In this document: in pieces, positions 27,099 through 34,379 of the stretch
How positions within the stretch are numbered: the first letter of the stretch is position 1
How the letters are laid out: the number at the start of each line of letters is the position of its first letter
Assembly: GCA_965203435.1 (NCBI GenBank)
Contig: CBDBCU010000002.1
Coordinates: forward strand, 458,526-522,525
Source: Dehalococcoidia bacterium
GTDB taxonomy: Bacteria; Chloroflexota; Dehalococcoidia; Lucifugimonadales; UBA3495
Direction: 5' to 3'
Length of the DNA stretch: 64,000 bases
The notes under the pieces: generated by a model
What the model was told of the DNA's origin: nothing
Database searches by the model: none
Seen by the model: the letters and a program-made list of their open reading frames with translations, nothing else
Translations under genes and position numbers: made by a program

Positions 27099-27134
27099 AC
27101 TGGCAGTTTTGCCGGGGGAGCCACCGACAGCGGG

Positions 27135-27425
27135 CTAGTTGTCCGCCGGAACGGCAACCCGGTCCACGGCGGCAATGCGCTCGGCGATGACTTCCTTCAT
27201 CTTGCGGACGCGGGACAGGTCGGGGTAGGCGTTCCCCTCGGCCTTCTTGTCAAAGATTTTCTCCCCGTCCATAAAGACTTCCATGATGCCCTGGCCGCGC
27301 GGGGAAATCGTAATCGCCGCGTCCGGCCCATAGGCCCGGAAAAACTCGTTCGCCATCCACGTGGCGGTCGCGTGGTGCTGTCAAGGCACGCAGTAGGTAA
27401 TCTCCAGCTGGACCTTTCCTTCCAT
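27135..27425 (-). CDS. SelW/Rdx-family selenoprotein with in-frame TGA (Sec) at 27383..27381
   Basis: The track shows only the 73-aa ORF 27135..27356. In the same frame, upstream: ATG 27425 (AAGGAGG 7 nt upstream), MEGKVQLEITYCVP-TGA-QHHATATW, then MANEFF... The CxxU redox motif sits at the family-typical position, followed by ...GIMEVFMDGEKIFDKK. Confidence 0.8.
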
Positions 27426-27469
27426 GGCTAACCCTCCTTAACCGGTCGATTTGGGGTAAGGTCTAATCC

Positions 27470-27497
27470 ATTCTATACCAAATTATCCCTTTGTCAA
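27470..27497 (-). promoter_or_regulatory. promoter of the selenoprotein gene (TTGACA-N16-TAGAAT)
   Basis: tgtcaa 27492..27497 and attcta 27470..27475 on the + strand, in an AT-richer spacer. Confidence 0.65.
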
Positions 27498-27584
27498 CCC
27501 TTAATCGAAAATCCGATTTTCTTTGTTTTCGGCCTATCCGCTCCCCCGGAACTTGTTGCCGGGTCCCTCGAAGCCGGTCGCTGG

Positions 27585-27610
27585 GTCATCCTGAACTGGT
27601 CAAGGATGAC
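27585..27610. repeat. PAL-4-like palindrome
   Basis: gtcatcctgaactggtcaaggatgac. Confidence 0.6.
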
Positions 27611-27632
27611 CCCGGAAATCCCGCCCTCCCCC

Positions 27633-28412
27633 TTAAAACGCGGGCTGCCGCTTTTCCTTAAAGGCTTGGATTCCCTCTTGCGGATGGGGGGAAGTGGCGA
27701 AGTATTGGATAAAGTTGACGCTTTCCAAGGCGATGCCCTCCCGCAAGGGCAAGGATTGGCCGCGTTGGGTGACGGACTTAATCCGTTCCAAGCCGGCGCG
27801 GCTTTTAGGCCGCAACTGGCTCAGCAGCGTTTCCAGTTCGGCGTCCAGGGATTCCGGCGGGGCGGCGCGCAAGACCAGCCCCCAATCGGCCGCTTCAATC
27901 CCGGACAAGTGGCGGCCGGTGGTCAGCAGTTCCATCGCCCGTTGCATCCCGATGCGGCGGGGCAGGCGCTGCGTAGAGCCGCCGCCGGGCATCAGTCCCA
28001 AGTTGGCGTGCTGATCGCCAATCCGGGCATCCGAAGTAGCCAGGGCTAGATCGCAGGCCAGGAGCAGCTCCAGCCCCCCGGCCAGGACAAAGCCGTGGAC
28101 GACGGCAATAGTGGGAATTGGCAGTTCCTCCAGCTGCAACAGGCAGTCGTTCAGCAATTTCACATAGGGCGGCAGGCGGGACGTCTCGGCAAAGACGGTG
28201 TCAAAAAAGAGCAAATCGGCTCCGGCGCAAAAGGCCCGGCCCGCGCCGCGCAGCACCAGGGCTTTGACCGATTCGTCCCGGCCCACCTCAGCCACGGCAT
28301 CGGAAAACTGTTCCAGCAAGGCCGGGCTTAACGCATTCAGGGCGTCCGGCCGGTTCAAGGTCAGGGTAGCTACGGCAGCCGCCGTTTCCAGTTTCAGGTC
28401 GGTGTAGGTCAA
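27633..28412 (-). CDS. enoyl-CoA hydratase/isomerase (crotonase) family protein
   Basis: TTG start after GGAGG. LTLNRPDALNAL, RAFCAGADL, GFVLAGGLELLLACD. Confidence 0.9.
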   Translation of the reverse strand: MTYTDLKLETAAAVATLTLNRPDALNALSPALLEQFSDAVAEVGRDESVKALVLRGAGRAFCAGADLLFFDTVFAETSRLPPYVKLLNDCLLQLEELPIPTIAVVHGFVLAGGLELLLACDLALATSDARIGDQHANLGLMPGGGSTQRLPRRIGMQRAMELLTTGRHLSGIEAADWGLVLRAAPPESLDAELETLLSQLRPKSRAGLERIKSVTQRGQSLPLREGIALESVNFIQYFATSPHPQEGIQAFKEKRQPAF

Positions 28413-28441
28413 GATTTGCCTCCGGTTAGATTGGCGATAAT

Positions 28442-28469
28442 CCGCTCATCCTGAACTTGTTGGAGGATG
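28442..28469. repeat. PAL-4 repeat
   Basis: ccgctcatcctgaacttgttggaggatg. Confidence 0.75.
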
Positions 28470-28511
28470 GGGTACGCAATTGTTGATGCCGCGGATAGTC
28501 TAATCCCCCCA

Positions 28512-28880
28512 CCGTCATTCCCGCGTAAGCGGGAATCCCGCCATCCCCACCGTCATTCCCGCGTAAGCGGGAACCCCGCCGCCCCTACCGTCATTCCCGC
28601 GCAAGGGGGAATCTCGCCGCCCCTACCGTCATTCCCGCGCAAGGGGAATCCCGGCATCCCTACCGTCATTCCCGCGCAAGCGGGAATCCCGCCGCCCTTA
28701 CCGTCATTCCCACGCAAGTAGGAATCCAGCCGCCCCTTTACCGTCATTCCCGCGTAAGCGGGAATCCCGCCGCCCCCTTACTGTCATTCCCGCGTAAGCG
28801 GGAATCCCGCGGTGGCTTGCCGAGGCTGCGGCATTATAAGGCAGCGCCGTTCTGGATTCCCGCGTAAGCGGGAATGACGG
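28512..28880. repeat. REP-1 array: eight direct hairpin copies at 37-40-bp period, ending in one composite (inverted) element
   Basis: The unit accgtcattcc starts at 28511, 28549, 28587, 28625, 28662, 28700, 28740 and 28780. Spacers are only ~12 nt and near-identical (cgccgcccct). Confidence 0.9.
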
Positions 28881-28960
28881 TGGCGAGGCCGCAGTCAACC
28901 TAGTCTCCGGCAACCCGTTCCGGATGCCCCTTCAACCCGTTCAAGATGGGCGGTATAGCC

Positions 28961-29317
28961 CTACCGGTACATCGGCTTGAAAAAGCTGTGCAGAAAGTTG
29001 CGCTGATGCGCCCAGGAATGGACGCGCTTGACCACCGCCGCCGGGATAGCCTGCCCCTGCCGCTGGGTAATCCGCAGGGTTTCGTAGCCGCTCAACTCCG
29101 GAGGAGCGTCCGCGGTAAAAAGGGCCTCGCAACCGGCGCCGTCGATGAATACTTTCAGGGATTCGTAGCCGGTCACCCGCTTGTTGGGGGTCTGATAGAC
29201 ATACAGCTCGGTGCAGCCGTACAAATCCTCGACATGGTCGTTGCCGTTGCCGCGGCCGCCGCCCTGCCGCAACTGCCGGCGGCCGATGCCGTGGCCCCGC
29301 AAATCCATATTCTGCAT
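28961..29317 (-). CDS. hypothetical protein; N-terminus resembles the distal half of a GNAT acetyltransferase (possible truncated remnant)
   Basis: 118-aa ORF, AAGGAAGGG SD. RGHGIGRRQL...ELYVYQTPNKRVTGYESLKVF resembles GNAT motif A and the following strands. A MITE-2 copy lies just upstream. Confidence 0.35.
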   Translation of the reverse strand: MQNMDLRGHGIGRRQLRQGGGRGNGNDHVEDLYGCTELYVYQTPNKRVTGYESLKVFIDGAGCEALFTADAPPELSGYETLRITQRQGQAIPAAVVKRVHSWAHQRNFLHSFFKPMYR

Positions 29318-29381
29318 AAGCCCTTCCTTTGTATTGGCGGCCGCGGGTTGCGCGTAACCGAGGAATCCCGTCTAAAGGGAT

Positions 29382-29470
29382 GTCATTCCGAGCGTAGCCG
29401 AGGAATCTGAAATGCCCGCCCTTGACTCCCTTGCAAGATTTTTAGATTCCTCGGCTACGCTCGGAATGAC
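29382..29470. mobile_element. MITE-2 copy
   Basis: gtcattccgagcgtagccgaggaatctgaaatgcccgccc...agattcctcggctacgctcggaatgac. Confidence 0.85.
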
Positions 29471-29482
29471 CTAGGAGATTGG

Positions 29483-30391
29483 TTACGGGTAAATCGCCCA
29501 GCCGACCCGGTCCGTTTCGGCCCGGTAAAAGTGGCCGTCGGTGGAAGTAACATACAGGGTAGTCAGGGCCGGGCCGCCGAAACAGCAGTTGGTGGGGCGG
29601 TTGGCGGCGATGGGATGGGTTTCCAGCACCCGGCCGCTGGGGGAAAAGACATAAATCATCCCGCCGGGGCCGCCCAATTCCCAGCCGGCGGTGGCGATGA
29701 TGTTGCCCCCGGCGTCCAGGCACATTCCGTCAATGCCGCGCTGCGCCCCGGCGGCGTCGGCCCCGAAAGTGTGCAGGGTGCGGTAAGCCCCCAAACTGCC
29801 GTCGGCGTGGATGGGATAGGCCCGCAATTCCCGGTTCAAGTCGGGCCGGTCGCTGTTGCTTTCGGCCACATACAGGGTGTTCTGGTCCGGGGATACCAGC
29901 ACGCCGTTGGGCATAGTGGTGTCAAAGGTAACGCGGGATACCGTATAGCTGCCGTCCGATTGGGGGGCGGCGCACAGCACCGAGCGGTTATCCAGTTCCT
30001 CGACCTCGCTGGGATCGATATTGCCGCCGTTCCAGGGATTGGTGAACCAGATGCGGCCGCGGCGGTCAATCGCCAGGTCGTTGGGGGTATTGAGCTTTTG
30101 CCCGTCCACCCGGTCGGCAATCACCGTGGTACCGCCGTCCCGGTCAAAGCGGACAATGGCCCGGCCGCCGGAACAGCAGCCGAACAGGTTGCCCTGGGCG
30201 TCAAAGGCCAGCCCGTTGGTGTGATTGGTGGCGCCGCGATATTCGGCGATTTCCCCGGAAGTGGGGTCGTAGCGCATAATGCGGCTGCTGGGGATGTGGG
30301 TAAAGAGCAGAGCCGCGCCGTCCCACGCCGGCCCCTCGGTAACGCCGCCATAGGGACGGCGGAGCAACTCGAACTGATAAGGCCAAACCAT
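29483..30391 (-). CDS. SMP-30/gluconolactonase/LRE-like beta-propeller protein
   Basis: ORF trimmed to ATG 30391 (GGGAGGG SD). TEGPAWDG..., NGLAFDAQGNL, PNDLAIDRRGRIWFT, GIDGMCLDAGGNI. Confidence 0.85.
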   Translation of the reverse strand: MVWPYQFELLRRPYGGVTEGPAWDGAALLFTHIPSSRIMRYDPTSGEIAEYRGATNHTNGLAFDAQGNLFGCCSGGRAIVRFDRDGGTTVIADRVDGQKLNTPNDLAIDRRGRIWFTNPWNGGNIDPSEVEELDNRSVLCAAPQSDGSYTVSRVTFDTTMPNGVLVSPDQNTLYVAESNSDRPDLNRELRAYPIHADGSLGAYRTLHTFGADAAGAQRGIDGMCLDAGGNIIATAGWELGGPGGMIYVFSPSGRVLETHPIAANRPTNCCFGGPALTTLYVTSTDGHFYRAETDRVGWAIYP

Positions 30392-30493
30392 AATCGGATA
30401 ATCCCTCCCGTTCCGGCCCGGATTTTCCCCGGGCCCGCGCCGGCCATTATAGCAGAGGGAAAGGCGGTTTGCCAGGGGGCGGACGGACGCCGC

Positions 30494-30594
30494 CCGTCCT
30501 TCCCGCGTAAGCGGGAATCCCGAACGGTACTGCCTTATTATGCCACAGTCTTGGTCAAGCAACTGCTGGATTCCCGGGTAAGCGGGAAGGACGG
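30494..30594. repeat. REP-1 composite element
   Basis: ccgtccttcccgcgtaagcgggaatcccgaacggtactgccttattatgcc...ggattcccgggtaagcgggaaggacgg. Confidence 0.85.
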
Positions 30595-30614
30595 TAGTAG
30601 AGCCGCAACCAACC

Positions 30615-30715
30615 TACTATGTCATTCCGAGCGTAGCCGAGGAATCTAAAATGCCTGCCCTTGACTCCCGTACAAGACTTTTAGATTCCTCGGCTACGCT
30701 CGGAATGACATAGTA
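30615..30715. mobile_element. MITE-2 copy
   Basis: tactatgtcattccgagcgtagccgaggaatct...agattcctcggctacgctcggaatgacatagta. Confidence 0.85.
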
Positions 30716-30760
30716 AAGCCACAAGCCATCCGGGGCGTCAATAAATAGCGCGAACCCGGA

Positions 30761-33700
30761 TTAAGGCCCGGCCACTAAACCCACCGACCACAAATCCCCT
30801 TGCCCGGGGACAAATTGCCCCGTCCGCACTTTCTTGATGGGATAATCCGGCAGAGGAACCGCCGCCAGACACTTGCCATCGAAATGGCCGCCTTGCCGGA
30901 CAAAGGCAAAGCCCCCGTGGGCAAAGCCGGCCTCCCGCCGCTCCGCCGGCAAATCGGCTACATCCTGCGGGACGATATGCAGGAAAAAGCCGGCCGCCGT
31001 ATCATCAGCCGCGCAGGATTCCCGCAAGTAAAGCAGCCGGTTATCCCGCCAATACAAGGCGAAATAATCCCGGGCCGCCGGTTCAGTGCTGGACAAGGCG
31101 GCGTAGTCAGCCCGCAGTTGGTCATATTCGGGCGCGGCGACTAACTCCACCGACCACAAATCGCCTTGGCCGGGGATATGCTGCCCGGTGCGTATTTCCT
31201 TGATGGGATAGTCGGGCAGGGCAACGGACACTAGACACTTCCCATCAAAAGGGCCGCCCCAGCGGGCAAAATCAAAACCCCGGTGGGCAAAACCGGCCGC
31301 CCGCCGCTCTGTCGGCAAAGCGGCAACATCCTCCGGGATGATATGCAGGAAAAAGCGGGCCGCCGTATCCGCCGCCGCGCAGGATTCCCGCAAGTAAATC
31401 AGCCGGTTGTCCTGAACATACAGGTCGAAATAGCCCCGGGCCGCCGGCTGCTCAACGGTCAGAGCGGCATAAGTCGCCCGCAGGGATTCCGGGTCGACCG
31501 GCGGATACCAGTTGACTTCCCAGCGGCCGACTTGCCCGGTGCGGAGGGCGGCGATGGGATAATCCGGCAAGGGAACCGTGGCCAGGCATTTGCCGTCAAA
31601 ATGGCCGCCCCAGCGCCCAAAGGCAAAATCTAGGTTGTCCTTAGCGGCCGCCGGCCCGGCCGACAAAGCGGCGGCGGCCGGGAATATATGCAGAAAGAAC
31701 GGCTCGGCCGTATCCGCCGCCGTGCAGGATTCCCGGAGATAGGTCAGCTGATTATCCTGAATATACAGGGCAAAGAAGTCCCGGAGGTCGGGTTGAATAG
31801 CGGCCAAGGCGGCGTAAGCGGCCCGCAGGGGTTCCGGGTCGGCCGGCGGATACAGGTTCTTTTTCCAGACCCCGGCCTGGCCGGTGCGGATTTCGCGGAT
31901 GGGATAGTCCGGCAGGGGATATACCGCCAGGCAGTCCCCGCCGGGTCGGCCGCCTTGTACGGACAGGTGGAAATCCCGGTTATCAAAGCCGTCGCCCCGG
32001 AGTTCCACCGGCAAATCCGCCAAGTTCGCCGGGTAGATATGCAGGGTTACGCGGGTTGTATATTCAGCAGTGGCGCAGTTCTTTTTGGCGTAGAGCAGGC
32101 GGTTACGGCCGGCCGCCTGGTCCAGGAAAACCTCAAAAGCCGCCGGCCCGGCCGGGGGCGGCTGATTCTGTCGATAGTCGGCGATAATTTCCCGCAAGCC
32201 GCGGCGGGACAGGGGGTAAAGTTCCTCCCACAAGGGCAAGCCCGCCGTCCCCCCGTCGATCCAATGCTGCTGCCGCAGGATAAGGTCGCCGTTGGCATAA
32301 TCCGGCAGTTGGAGGACGGCCAGGCAAAGCCGGCCCAGCCTTACCCCGTGCGTCTTGAGGGTGGCATAGGCCAAGTTTGGTCCCAAAGGCGGCGGCAAGG
32401 TTTCAAGATGGCGGGGAAAAATCCGCACGCCGAACCAGGCATCCGGCTCCTCCGGAGCGCAGTTTTCCCGGACAAAAGTCAGCCGCGGCCCCTCCCGATA
32501 AACATTATAATCGGCGCGGATAATCGGCTCCCGGGCCGTAGCTTGACGGTAAAGTTCCCGGTAAGCGGCGATGGCCGCCGGCGTCATCCGGGCCGCGTGC
32601 AGCGGCCGCAGGGCAATCGGAGTGTTGTGATAAATTTGCCGGGGATAAAGGGAATTAAAAGCCCAATCCGGCTGGCTGGGCTTCGGCTCCCTTAGTTCAT
32701 AATCGGCGCGGCGGCCGGCCCTCAGCAAACGCCGCCGCGCCGCCGCCGGCAGGATTTGCTGATTTTCTACGAGCTTGCTGCTCCCCAATACGACCAGCGT
32801 CTCCCCGGGATGGCGTTCCAGCAGATACTCCAGCGTCCGCCGATAGGCCAATTGCCAGTGATCCATTGCGTACCGCGTCCACAGATATTCCGGAGTAGTC
32901 CGATTCACCAGAAAGTTGAAATAGTCATGCTGCCAGGGATGGAGCTGCATCATCTGGAACAGAACCAATCCCACGCCTAATCCGGCCAAGCCGTACACCC
33001 CGGCCCGCCCCGGCCGCCAACGGGAAAAGCGGCGCGCCAGCCCGCCCAATCCCCCGGCCGCCAGCAGGCAGAAAGGCGCATACAGGAAATAGAAATGCCG
33101 CCAGTTGTCGTACTGATTGGGGCCCAGCAGGGCGGCGGCCAGCGGCGGCAGCAGGAAAGCCGCCAGCAGCAGCCCGGCAAAGCGCTGCCGGGTATTGCGG
33201 AAAACCGCCCCAGGCCGGCGGCAAAGCCCGGCCGCCACGACCGCTATTCCCGCCAGCCCCAGCAGCAGCAACGGCGGCGGCGTGGTGATGCTGAACCAGA
33301 CCACAGTGTAATGCGGCGGCAGTTCGGTGGAAAGAAACCAATCGCCCTGAAACAACTGCCGCGGCGGAACGATCGGATGATTGACCGTCAAGTTCAGACT
33401 CGTCGCCAGGTAGTCCAGCGGTCCCGTCCAGGCGTAGGGGGTGGCGGCGTACCAGGCCAGCCCGGCCGCCAGAATAAACCCTCCGCCGCTCAACAGAATG
33501 TCCCGGCGCGCCGCCCCGTTTCCGGCATAAAACAAGTCCAGCCCCCGCAGGACTAATACTGCGGGAATCAGCATTGCCCCCATAATCCGCAGATTAGTCA
33601 GCAGTCCCACGACTATTCCCAGCAGCGCAAAGGCCCCGATAGTGTCCCGGCGGAAAGCCCGTTCCAGCAGATACAGGGCAAGGATGAACATAGTGAGAAA

Positions 33701-34192
33701 AGGCAGGTCTTTGGAATTGACGAAGGAATGGGCGTAGATGCGGGGGTGCAACAGGAAAATCAGCAGGGCAAACAGGGCCAGCAGGCGATTGTTGAACAAA
33801 TGGCAAGCCAGCCGGTAGCAAAAGAAACCGCCAACGATAAAGAACAGGTGGGTTAAGGTTAAACGGAGCTGGTGGATCTGGTAATAATCCACCAGGCCCA
33901 GGGCCCGCTCGGCCAGCAGCAACGGCAGCTCAAAGGCCACGCCATACAAGGCGTGGGGGTAGGGGAGCTCCTCGAAACTGTCCCCCTGGCCCAGGATGTA
34001 GTTCAGGTTGGCAAGGGCAATCTGCCGCTGCGCCATTTCATCGGTACTGAGGCCGTAATCCCCGGCCAGGAATAACCCGGCCAGCAGAAAAAGGGCGCAG
34101 ACCAACAGGCCGCCATAGGCGGCCAGAAAATTCCGCGCCCCCCGGCTAGGACCGGAATGGGGCGGCGATATGCGGCGCAGTGGCGGGAACAT
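30761..34192 (-). CDS. GT-C fold (PMT_2/ArnT/GT39-like) polytopic membrane protein, paralog C, with five C-terminal two-Cys modules
   Basis: ORF 30761..34225 trimmed to ATG 34192 (MFPPLRRISPP). N-terminal half colinear with paralogs A, B and D. The C-terminal ~590 aa are 5 repeats ending ...LPDYPI.(E/K/A).RTGQ. Confidence 0.85.
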   Translation of the reverse strand: MFPPLRRISPPHSGPSRGARNFLAAYGGLLVCALFLLAGLFLAGDYGLSTDEMAQRQIALANLNYILGQGDSFEELPYPHALYGVAFELPLLLAERALGLVDYYQIHQLRLTLTHLFFIVGGFFCYRLACHLFNNRLLALFALLIFLLHPRIYAHSFVNSKDLPFLTMFILALYLLERAFRRDTIGAFALLGIVVGLLTNLRIMGAMLIPAVLVLRGLDLFYAGNGAARRDILLSGGGFILAAGLAWYAATPYAWTGPLDYLATSLNLTVNHPIVPPRQLFQGDWFLSTELPPHYTVVWFSITTPPPLLLLGLAGIAVVAAGLCRRPGAVFRNTRQRFAGLLLAAFLLPPLAAALLGPNQYDNWRHFYFLYAPFCLLAAGGLGGLARRFSRWRPGRAGVYGLAGLGVGLVLFQMMQLHPWQHDYFNFLVNRTTPEYLWTRYAMDHWQLAYRRTLEYLLERHPGETLVVLGSSKLVENQQILPAAARRRLLRAGRRADYELREPKPSQPDWAFNSLYPRQIYHNTPIALRPLHAARMTPAAIAAYRELYRQATAREPIIRADYNVYREGPRLTFVRENCAPEEPDAWFGVRIFPRHLETLPPPLGPNLAYATLKTHGVRLGRLCLAVLQLPDYANGDLILRQQHWIDGGTAGLPLWEELYPLSRRGLREIIADYRQNQPPPAGPAAFEVFLDQAAGRNRLLYAKKNCATAEYTTRVTLHIYPANLADLPVELRGDGFDNRDFHLSVQGGRPGGDCLAVYPLPDYPIREIRTGQAGVWKKNLYPPADPEPLRAAYAALAAIQPDLRDFFALYIQDNQLTYLRESCTAADTAEPFFLHIFPAAAALSAGPAAAKDNLDFAFGRWGGHFDGKCLATVPLPDYPIAALRTGQVGRWEVNWYPPVDPESLRATYAALTVEQPAARGYFDLYVQDNRLIYLRESCAAADTAARFFLHIIPEDVAALPTERRAAGFAHRGFDFARWGGPFDGKCLVSVALPDYPIKEIRTGQHIPGQGDLWSVELVAAPEYDQLRADYAALSSTEPAARDYFALYWRDNRLLYLRESCAADDTAAGFFLHIVPQDVADLPAERREAGFAHGGFAFVRQGGHFDGKCLAAVPLPDYPIKKVRTGQFVPGQGDLWSVGLVAGP

Positions 34193-34199
34193 AGGCCGG

Positions 34200-34208
34200 A
34201 TTATAGCA
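34200..34208 (-). promoter_or_regulatory. extended -10 box TGCTATAAT, 7 nt upstream of the paralog C ATG
   Basis: attatagca on + strand. Spacer 34193..34199. Confidence 0.6.
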
Positions 34209-34218
34209 TACCCCCTTA

Positions 34219-34357
34219 CCGTCATTCCCGTCCTTTTCTACATTCCCGCCATCCCCTACCGTCATTCCCGCGTAAGCGGGAATCCCGCAGTGGCTTGCCA
34301 AGACTGCGGCATTATACGGCAGTACCGTCGGGATTCCCGCTTACGCGGGAAGGACGG
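34219..34357. repeat. REP-1 cluster with a composite element (core in inverted orientation)
   Basis: ccgtcattcccgtcc..., ccgtcattcccgcgtaagcgggaatcccgcagtggcttgccaagactgcggcattatacggcagtaccgtcgggattcccgcttacgcgggaaggacgg. Confidence 0.85.
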
Positions 34358-34379
34358 TTGTTATACGCCCTTGCCCGCC

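Noticed and set aside
28512-28880. Regularly spaced direct repeats that a CRISPR finder might flag
   Set aside because: The spacers are only ~12 nt and nearly identical to each other (cgccgcccct variants). The repeat is the same REP-1 hairpin scattered at 16 other loci in both orientations. There are no cas genes or leader in the window.
30764-32530. Tandem modules of paralog C as template/variable repeats of a diversity-generating retroelement
   Set aside because: There is no reverse transcriptase or accessory gene in the window. The repeats differ at all base types rather than adenine-specific positions, and they are in-frame protein domain repeats.
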